Assembly: GCA_049598495.1 (NCBI GenBank)
Contig: JBMYNR010000011.1
Location: 1 to 46,774 of the forward strand
DNA from: Opitutales bacterium
GTDB lineage: Bacteria; Verrucomicrobiota; Verrucomicrobiia; Opitutales; Coraliomargaritaceae
Reading direction: 5' to 3'
DNA length: 46,774 nucleotides
In this document: positions 17,439 to 26,812 of the stretch, piece after piece
Layout: every line of letters starts with the position of its first letter
How positions within the stretch are numbered: the stretch's first letter is position 1
Notes under the pieces: model-generated
What the model saw: only the letters and a program-made list of their open reading frames with translations
Databases searched by the model: none
What the model was told of the DNA's origin: nothing
Made by a program: the position numbers and the translations under genes

Positions 17439-18905
17439 TCAAAGCGTCGGTGTCGCATTATGGTAGTCGTGAGCTTGCTCAAAAGCGCGAGCAACGGCGA
17501 ACATGTCGGCTTCGCCGAAGGCCTTTCCGATAATCTGTAGGCCAATCGGGAGCCCATTCTCTGTGAATCCACTCGGAATCGAGATGGCTGGCAGTCCAGC
17601 GAGATTCACCGAGATGGTGAAAATATCACTGAGATACATCGCCAAAGGATCATCCGAACGTTCGCCTCGATTAAAGGCAGGAGTCGGCGAGGTTGGCGAG
17701 AGAATCGCATCGCATTGCTCGAAAGCTTTTTCAAAATCTCCGAGAATCAAGCGGCGCACCTTCTGGGCACGAAGATAATAAGCATCATAGTATCCCGAGC
17801 TGAGCACATAGGTTCCAAGAATAATACGGCGCTTCACCTCATCCCCGAAACCTTCACCCCTACTTTTACTAAATAAGCTCAGTGCATCCTTGGCCTCTTC
17901 ACTTCGGTGACTGTAGCGTACTCCATCAAAACGGGCGAGATTCGAAGAGGCCTCCGCAGTCGCGACAATATAATACACGGGCACCGCAAGTTCCGAGTTG
18001 GGCAGGGAAATGTCGATTATCTCACAGCCCTGCTTCTTATACCAGTCAATGGCTTGCTCGATATTGGCCTTCACTTCAGGGTCTATGCCCTCTCCGAAAA
18101 ACTCTCTTGGCACGCCCAATTTCCACGGACCCTTCTTCTCTTTAAGAAGCTCCGCGTAGTTGGTTTCGCCCTGAGGGGAAATAGAAGTCGAATCCAAATC
18201 ATCCTTACCAAGCATCGCCTCCATCAGAATCGCAGCATCCTCAACTGTACGTGCAAATGGCCCAACTTGATCAAGAGACGAGGCAAAGGCCACGAGACCA
18301 TAACGGGAGATGAGACCATAGGTCGGCTTCATACCAACCACACCGCAGAGCGCAGCTGGTTGACGAATCGAGCCGCCCGTATCGGTGCCCAGTGTGGCAA
18401 TAGCCTCACCCGCAGCTACGGCGGCCGCGCTGCCGCCGGAAGAACCACCGGGAATCTTTTCCAAATCCCAGGGGTTGGATGTGATTTGGAAAGCTGAGTT
18501 CTCGGTTGATGAGCCCATTGCAAACTCATCCATATTCAAACGTCCGTAAATGATAGCGCCTGCCTCACGAAGCTTGGCGATACAGGTGGCATCAAAGGGC
18601 GATACATAGTTTTCCAGCATCTTGGATGCACAGCTCAGCGGCTGGTCCTTCACAGCGAGTATGTCCTTGATGCCGACCGGGATACCGTCCAAGCGTCCTC
18701 GGCTCTCGCCAGCAGCGCGGCGTGCATCCGAAGCCTTGGCCTGTGCCAATGCATCTTCAGCATCCAAGTGAAGGAAGGCCTTCACCTTGCCATCAACAGC
18801 CGCGGTTCGATCGATCACCGCTTGAGTCAGTTCAACCGAGGTCAACTCACCTGCTTCAAGCGCAGCGGACAACTCGGTGATGGTTTTGAAATAGAGTTTG
18901 GACAT
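17439..18905 (-). CDS. gatA: Glutamyl-tRNA amidotransferase subunit A
   Basis: Amidase signature GGSSGGSAAAV, LGTDTGGSIRQPA, EASSNLARFDG, EVKRRIILGTYVLSSGYYDAYY. Confidence 0.98.
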   Translation of the reverse strand: MSKLYFKTITELSAALEAGELTSVELTQAVIDRTAAVDGKVKAFLHLDAEDALAQAKASDARRAAGESRGRLDGIPVGIKDILAVKDQPLSCASKMLENYVSPFDATCIAKLREAGAIIYGRLNMDEFAMGSSTENSAFQITSNPWDLEKIPGGSSGGSAAAVAAGEAIATLGTDTGGSIRQPAALCGVVGMKPTYGLISRYGLVAFASSLDQVGPFARTVEDAAILMEAMLGKDDLDSTSISPQGETNYAELLKEKKGPWKLGVPREFFGEGIDPEVKANIEQAIDWYKKQGCEIIDISLPNSELAVPVYYIVATAEASSNLARFDGVRYSHRSEEAKDALSLFSKSRGEGFGDEVKRRIILGTYVLSSGYYDAYYLRAQKVRRLILGDFEKAFEQCDAILSPTSPTPAFNRGERSDDPLAMYLSDIFTISVNLAGLPAISIPSGFTENGLPIGLQIIGKAFGEADMFAVARAFEQAHDYHNATPTL

Positions 18906-18924
18906 TTTTCTAAAACTGCGCCTG

Positions 18925-19017
18925 TTAACCGCTGAGTTCGCGGAGAGCGCGGAGTGTAAGAATGAAAAATCTACGTTTGAGTGGGCTCTATGGAGTCTCG
19001 GCGCTCTCTGCGGTTAA
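18925..19017. mobile_element. Empty (ORF-less, MITE-like) derivative of the GxxExxY cassette between gatC and gatA
   Basis: Arms ttaaccgctgagttcgcggagagcgcggag (18925-18954) and ctctatggagtctcggcgctctctgcggttaa (18986-19017) share the CGCnGAGnn periodicity of the cassette IRs; ~31-bp spacer. Confidence 0.65.
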
Positions 19018-19027
19018 TAAACATGGG

Positions 19028-19318
19028 CTATTCTACAACCTTCGGCACAAGGACTTGGTTCTCCCTGTGTTCCGGAGCCATCTTCGTGAGCACCTCCGGG
19101 CCCAAGGTTGCACCGATCTCGTCGCCCTCGCGCCAGACATTGTAGACTTTGTTGGCGTGAGCCATCGGCTCGACCCCGTCGACGTCCACAGCTTTGAGTT
19201 TTTCAAAATAGCCTAAGATATCGTCGAGTTGAGCGCCCAGTTTTGCCTTCCCACCTTCGCTCATATCGAGGCGTGCGAGATTCGCCACGTAGTCGATGTC
19301 CATCTGTGTATTTGACAT
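19028..19318 (-). CDS. gatC: Amidotransferase subunit C
   Basis: IDYVANLARL, QLDDILGYFEKL..VD..GVEP, VPKVVE; sits upstream of gatA. Confidence 0.96.
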   Translation of the reverse strand: MSNTQMDIDYVANLARLDMSEGGKAKLGAQLDDILGYFEKLKAVDVDGVEPMAHANKVYNVWREGDEIGATLGPEVLTKMAPEHRENQVLVPKVVE

Positions 19319-19321
19319 AAG

Positions 19322-19349
19322 AATTTAGAAGTTAGGAGTTGGAATGATA
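19322..19349. repeat. Short 7-bp-periodic tract between pheT and gatC
   Basis: aatttag/aagttag/gagttgg/aatgata. Confidence 0.4.
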
Positions 19350-19393
19350 AAATTACTTAGAGTGAACTTCGGGAAATCTCTGCACCGAATCAA

Positions 19394-21853
19394 TTATTTC
19401 CTGATTTGGTAATCGGTTTTCTCGGTGATCAACGTCTGAATGCCCTCGAAGGCTGCATTGACCTCTTTGTCCTTCAGTGTGCGATCGGCAGCGCGAAAGC
19501 TCATCGTTACGGCAAGGCTCTTCTTACCTGCGGGCAGACCTTCCCCTAGGTAGACGTCAAAAATACGAACGCTTTCACAATCGAACCCCTTGGTAGCCTT
19601 CTTGGCAAATTTGGCGATCTCACGCTCCACATTACCCGCCTGAACAGAGGCGTCTACAATCAAGGCCAGGTCTTTCGCTGATGCCGGCTGATTACTAATG
19701 CCGAGATGGCGCCCGAGTTTGGCCTTACGCTCGAAGAACTTTGGTGTCATCAGGATGGAGCCCGCGATGACAGGCGTCGTCAAGTCCCAGCGATCCTTCA
19801 AAGTAGCTACATTCAAAAGACCACAAGTCGCTTCAAACCCCATCTTTGCGAAATCGCCTGCGTAAGCGGCGTGCCCCCCCTGCCAGAGCTTGCAGTTGTC
19901 GATCGGATGGAAACTGAGTTTATTTGCTGCAGTGCCCGCGATCTCGAGCAGTTCACCGGCAATCGACTTGGCGGTATAGAAATCGGCGAGCTCACGCTGC
20001 CGCCATTCACGGCTGATCTGATCCGCGACAATTACGAAGCCAACCGATATTAGCTCCATCATTTGCCCCTTCACCTGGCGGTAAACATGACCGCGCTCAA
20101 AGAATCGCGTGGCACCGGTTCCTCGGGCCGCATTTAGCTGGAGCACATCGAGGAGTCCGGGTATCAAGGATGGGCGCAAGTGGCTTTGGTCGCTTTGCAA
20201 AGGATTATCAAGCGCGAGCACCTGGTAGTTCTCTTCGCCGAAGAAGAATTTCGTCTCGTCCGGATCACGGAGCGAGTAAAGGAAGGCCTCGTTGAAATTC
20301 TGCCCGGTAAGATAATCGGCAACCGCCTCATTCACAGTGTAAATGCGGTGATCGTCCTCAGATATCCCACGTGCAACGACCTCCGACTCGGGAATCTTGT
20401 CAGTGCCGTAGACGCGCACAAATTCCTCGATCAGATCGACCTCCCTCAACAGGTCCCCTCGGAATGACGGAATGGACACTTCCCAGCGAGTGCCACCAAC
20501 TGCCTTGTCGTGGATCGAAACATCCAAGCCAAGCGATTCGAGTGTGCTCTGAATCTCATCATCACTGACATCGAAACCGATGAAAGCGCGCACCCGATCC
20601 GGATTTAAGATGATCTCAGTCATCGTAGGCGGCTCCGCCCCCACCGAGATCATGTCGCCATCGACCCGACCTCCGGCAACCTCAAGAATAAGATCCGCCG
20701 CTCGCAACAACGCGTAGGTCACTCCCAGGGGGTCCACACCACGTTCGAAGCGATAGGAACTGTCCGAAGACAAGCCGAGTTTACGCGAAGTCGCACGCAC
20801 TGAAGAAGGTGCAAAATAAGCGGCTTCAAGCACAACATCCGTCGTCGAATCGTCGACCTCGGCATCCGACGAACCCATGACACCCGCAACAACGAGCGGC
20901 CGTCCGGAATCTGCAATCACCGCCATGTTTGCATCCAGTGTGCGTTCAACTTCGTCCAGCGTCGTGATCTTCTCCAAATCTTCCGCCATGCGAACGACCA
21001 ACTTGCGACCCTTGATCTTAGCCGCGTCAAATGCATGAAGAGGCTGACAGGTTTCGTGCAGCACATAGTTAGTCACATCGACCACATTATTGATGGATCG
21101 CTGCCCGGTTGCTTCGATCGCATCTTTAAGCCACTTCGGGCTTGGACCAACCTTCACACCCTTGATACAAATTGCGGTGTAATGCGGGCATACTTCGGAA
21201 GCACTCACTTCGACACCGGAAATGAGCGCTTCACCTTCGGATCCGTTCTCTGTGCTCGCCTTGACCTCGGGGTATTTCACCGCAAGTCCGAACTTCGCGG
21301 CCAACTCGCGGGCCACGCCGATGTGGCTCAGCACATCCACCCGATTGGGAGTGATTTCCAGATCAAATACGGTGTCCCCGTCAGCGAACAACTCGTTTAC
21401 CGGCGTGCCCAAATCCGTTCCGGGATCAACAATCATGATGCCGTCGTGGTCCTGACCGATCTGTAGTTCCTTGGCGGAACACATCATACCCGCCGAGGGT
21501 TGTCCTCGAAGCTTGGAAGCCTTGATCTTAAAGTTACCCGGCAGCACCGCTCCGGGGAGCGCCACCATGACCTTGTCGCCTTCCTTAAAATTCTTAGCAC
21601 CACAGACGATATCGTGGACTTCCCCCTCGTTGCCTGTGCTCACCTTGCAACAGCGCAACCGATCGGCATCTGGGTGTTGACCATATTCAATTACCTGACC
21701 GACGACAACATTTTCAAGCTGGGGCGGACCAAGCTTCTCGTGCTCTTCAATATCGAAACCAAGCAGCGGGAGAACCTCGGCCAAGACTTCCGGCGAGTGC
21801 TCAACCGGATCGAGGTCAATGTAGTTTTTGAGCCAATTATAGGAAATTTTCAT
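19394..21853 (-). CDS. pheT: Phenylalanyl-tRNA synthetase beta subunit
   Basis: MKISYNWL, HPDADRL, IVCGAKN, LEITPNR.D.LSHIGVARE, SSYRFERGVD, C-terminal FDX-ACB domain. Confidence 0.98.
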   Translation of the reverse strand: MKISYNWLKNYIDLDPVEHSPEVLAEVLPLLGFDIEEHEKLGPPQLENVVVGQVIEYGQHPDADRLRCCKVSTGNEGEVHDIVCGAKNFKEGDKVMVALPGAVLPGNFKIKASKLRGQPSAGMMCSAKELQIGQDHDGIMIVDPGTDLGTPVNELFADGDTVFDLEITPNRVDVLSHIGVARELAAKFGLAVKYPEVKASTENGSEGEALISGVEVSASEVCPHYTAICIKGVKVGPSPKWLKDAIEATGQRSINNVVDVTNYVLHETCQPLHAFDAAKIKGRKLVVRMAEDLEKITTLDEVERTLDANMAVIADSGRPLVVAGVMGSSDAEVDDSTTDVVLEAAYFAPSSVRATSRKLGLSSDSSYRFERGVDPLGVTYALLRAADLILEVAGGRVDGDMISVGAEPPTMTEIILNPDRVRAFIGFDVSDDEIQSTLESLGLDVSIHDKAVGGTRWEVSIPSFRGDLLREVDLIEEFVRVYGTDKIPESEVVARGISEDDHRIYTVNEAVADYLTGQNFNEAFLYSLRDPDETKFFFGEENYQVLALDNPLQSDQSHLRPSLIPGLLDVLQLNAARGTGATRFFERGHVYRQVKGQMMELISVGFVIVADQISREWRQRELADFYTAKSIAGELLEIAGTAANKLSFHPIDNCKLWQGGHAAYAGDFAKMGFEATCGLLNVATLKDRWDLTTPVIAGSILMTPKFFERKAKLGRHLGISNQPASAKDLALIVDASVQAGNVEREIAKFAKKATKGFDCESVRIFDVYLGEGLPAGKKSLAVTMSFRAADRTLKDKEVNAAFEGIQTLITEKTDYQIRK

Positions 21854-21886
21854 GAAAGATAGATATAACCACTCCAGCGCTTTATA

Positions 21887-22336
21887 AACCGCAGAGAACG
21901 CGGAGAGCGGGGAGAAGAAAGGAGTTATGATTCTGTATGATTATTGACAACTCGACGGATGCCGTCTTTGAGAAGTGGAACGTTGAAATTGATTAGATAA
22001 CCGAGCGTGCAGCCCGAAAGTTTTAAGTAGGTTAAGAGTTGTGCCATGTGGACGTTGTTCAGTTCATCAACCACCTTGAGTTCGAGGATGATTTCATTCT
22101 CTACAATTACATCAATTCTATAGGCTTCATCGATCTCGAGCCCCTTGTAACGAATCGGTTACTTCTTCTGGTCGAACCGCCTTGATACCTTGCAGGTTCA
22201 ATTCGAGAGCCAAGCAAGCCTCGTAGGTGCTTTCCAGAAGACCAGGACCGAGTTCTCGATGCACCTCAATTGCGGCTCCGATAATCTTATCACTTAGTTC
22301 ATTCATTTCTCTGCGCTCTCAGCGTGCTTTGCGGTT
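21887..22336 (-). mobile_element. Second GxxExxY cassette (decayed) between pheS and pheT
   Basis: 30-bp inverted repeats at 21887-21916 and 22307-22336 (25/30). The upstream IR abuts the ATG; the downstream IR lies 8 nt beyond the stop. Confidence 0.7.
21925..22306 (-). pseudogene. Frameshifted GxxExxY protein gene (absent from the ORF track)
   Basis: Manual translation: [45 protein letters not shown], a net +1 frameshift near 22159-22171, then [77 protein letters not shown]. Confidence 0.9.
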
Positions 22337-22349
22337 AAGAAAAGGTATC

Positions 22350-23390
22350 CTACGCAAACTGCTTCAGGAAGCGAACGTCGTTCTGGTAATAATAGCGGAT
22401 ATCATCAACGCCCTGAAGAATCATCGCGATACGTTCGATCCCCATTCCAAAGGCGTAGCCTGTATAAACATCAGGATCGATCCCAACTGCTTTGAACACC
22501 TCGGGATCCACCATGCCGCAACCCATGATCTCGAGCCACTTATTGCTCAGTTTACCGAGATCGGGGGAAAAGAAATCCATTTCGAAGCTGGGCTCCGTGA
22601 ACGGGAAGAAACTTGGACGCAGACGCGTCTTAGCCTTGGGCCCAAAGATGGTTTTTACGAAGTGATCGAGCGTGGCCTTCAGATCGAGGAGTGTGACATT
22701 CTTATCGACGTAAAGCCCCTCAATCTGGTGAAAGTTCGCGCTGTGCGTAGCATCGGGTGTATCACGCCGAAAGCAACGTCCGGGCGCGATGATACGAATC
22801 GGCGGCGCTTCCTTCAGCATCGTGCGAATCTGTACCGTGGAGGTATGCGTACGGAGAAGATATTTCTCGTCACCCTCTTTACCAACGTTGGCAACCGTCA
22901 ACTCATCGGGCAAATAATAGGAATCCTGCATATCGCGTGCCGGATGATCTGAGGGTATATTGAGGGCATCAAAGCAATAGTGTTCAGTTTCCACCTCGGT
23001 CGCCTCGGCAACAGAGAACCCAATCCGGTGAAACAAGCGGACCATCTCCTCACGAACTTGTGCAACCGGGTGAATCGTGCCGCGCTGACTGTCGGGACTC
23101 GGGAGCGAAGGATCAATTGCCGGTCCGAGCTTCGATGCCAATTCAGCAGCCTCTAGACGCTCAATCACCACGGCAAAGCTCAGCTCAACGGCTTTCTTCG
23201 CCTCATTAATCAATTTACCCATGGCTGGCTTATCCTCTCTTGGGACTTCCCCCATCCTCTTCATCGCCTCCGTCAGCCTACCATTCGGACCGGAAATGGT
23301 CGCCTTAAAGGCCTCAAACTCCGCACGCGTTTCAATAGCCGGTGCTTTCTCACCGACACTCGCGACAATTGCGTTTAACTCTTCTTGCAT
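22350..23390 (-). CDS. pheS: Phenylalanyl-tRNA synthetase alpha subunit
   Basis: FDALNIP.DHPARDMQD, LLRTHTS, FHQIEGL, RPSFFPFTEPS, FGMGIERIAM. Start trimmed to ATG 23390 (MQEELN). Confidence 0.98.
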   Translation of the reverse strand: MQEELNAIVASVGEKAPAIETRAEFEAFKATISGPNGRLTEAMKRMGEVPREDKPAMGKLINEAKKAVELSFAVVIERLEAAELASKLGPAIDPSLPSPDSQRGTIHPVAQVREEMVRLFHRIGFSVAEATEVETEHYCFDALNIPSDHPARDMQDSYYLPDELTVANVGKEGDEKYLLRTHTSTVQIRTMLKEAPPIRIIAPGRCFRRDTPDATHSANFHQIEGLYVDKNVTLLDLKATLDHFVKTIFGPKAKTRLRPSFFPFTEPSFEMDFFSPDLGKLSNKWLEIMGCGMVDPEVFKAVGIDPDVYTGYAFGMGIERIAMILQGVDDIRYYYQNDVRFLKQFA

Positions 23391-23618
23391 AGGAATATAA
23401 AAAAATTTCGAATCGGAAAAGGGTTTCAGTCTCAGAGCATTTGTCGAGACGGTTTTCGGAGAAATCCACACGGGGCGGCCATTTCTCTCAACCAGCAGCA
23501 ACCTGATATCTGGCAACTGCGGAATAATTTCCAAGCATCACGATGAGTTGTCGACAATGAGCGCCATATGTTCAGTCATACGATCCGAATAAGTTGATCT
23601 GACTTAAATACTCGAACC

Positions 23619-24341
23619 TTGGCGACCGACGATCATAACGAAAACAAGACCCCCAAGCTGCCGATCATTTACCGGGATGCCGAACTCGTCGCGATCGACA
23701 AGCCCTCCGGATTGCTCGTCCATCGCAGTGCGCTGGATGCCTCGGAAAACCGGATTGCCCTGCAGATCCTGCGCGATCAAATCGGACAGAATGTCTATCC
23801 CTGCCATCGCTTGGACAAGCCTACCGGGGGCGTCCTACTCTTCGCTCTCAATGCTAAAGCTCTAAAGAAAGTTCAACAGCAATTCACTGTCGGCAGCATC
23901 CGCAAGGTATATCACGCACTTGTCCGAGGTTGGGTCGAGACAAGCGGGTGCATCGACTATGCCCTGCGGCACGAAGAGCATCCGAAAAAGGTTCAATCGG
24001 CAGTCACGGATTACAGATGTCTCGGGCGTTCGGTGGTTACCGAGCCGCTTGGCCGCTACACGGAGGCGCGCTTTTCACTCGTTGAGTTGAAGCCCGAGAC
24101 CGGAAGAAAGCACCAACTCCGCCGACACATGGCTCATCTCCGCCACCCGATTCTGGGTGATACCCGCCACGGTGATGGTGCTCAAAACCGTTTTCTAAGA
24201 TCCTACTGCAAGTGCCATTCTCTTATGCTTCGAGCGACAACACTTGAGCTCGAGCATCCGAGCACCCGAATAAAGCTGTGCCTTAAGGCGGAAGCCGACC
24301 CGGTTTTTCAGCGGGTCGCCAAGCGATTACAACTCGTTTAA
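23619..24341 (+). CDS. truC: RluA-family pseudouridine synthase, TruC-like
   Basis: [22 protein letters not shown] (catalytic Asp), [26 protein letters not shown] start; specificity inferred. Confidence 0.85.
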   Translation: MATDDHNENKTPKLPIIYRDAELVAIDKPSGLLVHRSALDASENRIALQILRDQIGQNVYPCHRLDKPTGGVLLFALNAKALKKVQQQFTVGSIRKVYHALVRGWVETSGCIDYALRHEEHPKKVQSAVTDYRCLGRSVVTEPLGRYTEARFSLVELKPETGRKHQLRRHMAHLRHPILGDTRHGDGAQNRFLRSYCKCHSLMLRATTLELEHPSTRIKLCLKAEADPVFQRVAKRLQLV

Positions 24342-24923
24342 AAACGATCTCATTTTCTCGACCGCACGCGCACGGTGACTGAGTCGACTCTTCACCGATT
24401 CCCCCACTTGGCCAAAGGTTTCTTCATAGCCGTCTGGAATAAAGGCGGGATCATATCCAAAGCCCTCGTTCCCCTTCGGTTGATTCGCCATGCGCCCTTC
24501 GCACGCACCGTCAAAGAAACGCTCTTTCCCTGCTGGATCGATCAGACAGAGCACGCAGCGAAAGCGGGCGCCTCTCGCACCCCTGCCGAAATCTCTCATC
24601 TCACGTAAGAGCTTGGAGAGATTCTCCCTATCAGCTGCTCCTTCTCCTGCATAGCGAGCGGAGTAGATTCCGGGCGCGCCGCCGAGGGCATCCACCTCGA
24701 GCCCCGAGTCGTCAGAAACCACCCATGCATACTCGGGAGCTAATTTACGCAGGGCCCTCGCTTTAATTGCGGCATTCGCATCAAAGGTATCACCGTCTTC
24801 CAGCACATGAGGCATACCGCCGCATACTTTCGCCGACCGCACCTCGAAGCCGCAGCCCTTGAGTAGTTGATCGAACTCAGCCACCTTGTGGGCGTTACCC
24901 GTTGCGATAATTAGCTGTCTCAT
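24327..24923 (-). CDS. rdgB: RdgB/HAM1 non-canonical purine NTP pyrophosphatase
   Basis: [44 protein letters not shown]. Confidence 0.96.
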   Translation of the reverse strand: MRQLIIATGNAHKVAEFDQLLKGCGFEVRSAKVCGGMPHVLEDGDTFDANAAIKARALRKLAPEYAWVVSDDSGLEVDALGGAPGIYSARYAGEGAADRENLSKLLREMRDFGRGARGARFRCVLCLIDPAGKERFFDGACEGRMANQPKGNEGFGYDPAFIPDGYEETFGQVGESVKSRLSHRARAVEKMRSFLNEL

Positions 24924-26041
24924 GTCGAAATAAAGCCGCGAGTCAGCCGATCCTCTCCATAGTCTTCCACCCGAATATCACGCAGCGAGAAGACCTCGCT
25001 CATTGATTCTGACTTACGTATTGAACCAAGGCCCGGTGCCGCCGCGTCCGACAGCAGCTTAGGTGCTTGATACACGAAAAGATAGTCTGCTAGTCGGTTC
25101 TCGATAACACTGGTTGCGAGGGTCGGCCCGACCTCAACATAAACCCCGAAAATACCCTCTTCGACACAGCGATCTCGTAGGGCCTGCCAATCAAGATGGC
25201 CGTTCGACTCGGGAAGCACCCAGATGCTTATCCCGAGCGACTCTATGTGCTCGCGATGCTCTTCGGCCGCCCAATCCGCACAGAGCACGATGGTTCTTTC
25301 AGAATACGCATCATTGAAGAGATGGAGCGATTCGACTTCGGCAAGCGTTCGTAGACTCCGATCAAAAATGAAGCGAATCGGGCACCAAACCCCGTTCTCG
25401 CGACGGGCCGTGAGGCTCGGATTATCACTGAGGGCAGTCTTCGCGCTAACTGCGATAGCCGGGAAGTAACGCCGCCACCGCATGACATCGAGACGTGCCT
25501 GTTCGCCCGTGACCCATTGCGAATGCCCAGAGGAGGCCGCAAACTTTCCATCCAGTGTGATCGCCATCTTCGCCGCGATGAACGGTTCCCCTCTCAATAT
25601 CCAATGATTAAACACTAAATTTAAATCTGCGCATTCCTTTTCGAGGACACCGTCGACAACCTGAACACCCGCCCCAGAGAGGACATCGAACCCCCGGCCC
25701 CTATGCGCGGGATTCGGATCGCGTGCTCCAACGACCACCGTTGCGACACCGGCATTGATAATCGCACTCGTGCATGCGCCCGTGCGCCCGTGGGTGCTGC
25801 AGGGCTCCAGCGTGACGTAGAGCTCAGCTCCCGGCTTAGGCTTACGACCAAGCTTTTTCAACGCATCGACCTCCGCGTGATCCTCGCCCGCTGCCCGGTG
25901 CCAACCCTCGGCCACCACAGTGTCACCCTCCACTATGATCGCACCCACGATGGGGTTCGGGTGGGTATGCCCCCACCCAAGCTGCGCAAGCTCAATGGCA
26001 TGACGCATGTAGCGTTCATATCTTTGCCCGGCCTGACTCAT
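24920..26041 (-). CDS. ribD: Riboflavin biosynthesis deaminase/reductase
   Basis: [46 protein letters not shown]. Confidence 0.95.
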   Translation of the reverse strand: MSQAGQRYERYMRHAIELAQLGWGHTHPNPIVGAIIVEGDTVVAEGWHRAAGEDHAEVDALKKLGRKPKPGAELYVTLEPCSTHGRTGACTSAIINAGVATVVVGARDPNPAHRGRGFDVLSGAGVQVVDGVLEKECADLNLVFNHWILRGEPFIAAKMAITLDGKFAASSGHSQWVTGEQARLDVMRWRRYFPAIAVSAKTALSDNPSLTARRENGVWCPIRFIFDRSLRTLAEVESLHLFNDAYSERTIVLCADWAAEEHREHIESLGISIWVLPESNGHLDWQALRDRCVEEGIFGVYVEVGPTLATSVIENRLADYLFVYQAPKLLSDAAAPGLGSIRKSESMSEVFSLRDIRVEDYGEDRLTRGFIST

Positions 26042-26670
26042 ACTTTGACGAAGGGATTATTCGCTTTCTCATGCGCCACTGTAGTCGTCGGGCCATGACC
26101 AGGGTAGATGGTCGTCGTATCAGGCAGGCTGTAGACCTCGTTGCGAATCGAAGCTTGAAGCACCTCAAAATCCCCACCCGGCAAATCGTAGCGACCGACA
26201 CTACCGGCAAAGATTACGTCTCCAACAACTGCAACGGCCTCGCTCTCCAGATAAACGAGTATGTTTCCGGGACAGTGGCCGGGGACGTGACGAATCTCCA
26301 GAGTCGTATCAAGCAGGTTGAGAATATCACCCCCCGCAATCCAATGGGTAATCGGCACCTCGAATAGCTCCAGGCCGGGAATTGCGTAGCTGGCCATCTT
26401 TGAAGGCGAAGCAAACATCTCGGAGTCGCTCGCATGTCCATAAGTCGGAATACCTGCTGCGGCAAACTTGTGGCCGTCGATTATATGGTCCCAATGCCCA
26501 TGGGTCAAAATCAAGGCCACAATCTTACAGCCATGATGCTCGGCCAACTGCGTCGCCCAATCATAGCTCTGCGCAGGCGCATCAATCACCACACATTCCT
26601 CCAATTCAGGCTCGATCAACATCACCGCATTCGTGCCGATCGGCGGAAGTTCTTGAAACTCAATTATCAT
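26038..26670 (-). CDS. MBL-fold metallo-hydrolase (glyoxalase II-like)
   Basis: THGHWDH, PGHCPG, GDVIF.GSVGR.DLPGG, PGHG. Start at 26670 or 26688. Confidence 0.92.
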   Translation of the reverse strand: MIIEFQELPPIGTNAVMLIEPELEECVVIDAPAQSYDWATQLAEHHGCKIVALILTHGHWDHIIDGHKFAAAGIPTYGHASDSEMFASPSKMASYAIPGLELFEVPITHWIAGGDILNLLDTTLEIRHVPGHCPGNILVYLESEAVAVVGDVIFAGSVGRYDLPGGDFEVLQASIRNEVYSLPDTTTIYPGHGPTTTVAHEKANNPFVKV

Positions 26671-26812
26671 ATGCTGCAGAACATGCATGTCAGTAGGCGC
26701 CTTTCAATCTGGAATCTACCTTATGTGACAGGAGTGGTCGAATCGGGGACCAATCGCCCGCAGGAGACCGTAGATTGACATTCTCCCCATACTCGCCGAC
26801 TCTGTAGGTGAA

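Noticed and set aside
18962..19216. 84-aa ORF starting inside the empty element as possible cargo
   Set aside because: It extends antisense through gatC and is not enclosed by the arms.
22227..22952. 241-aa ORF on plus strand
   Set aside because: Antisense shadow of pheS and of the GxxExxY pseudogene.
23391..23618. T-box or pheM-type attenuator upstream of pheS
   Set aside because: No T-box consensus or Phe-rich leader peptide; the N-terminal extension in the ORF track is likely not translated.
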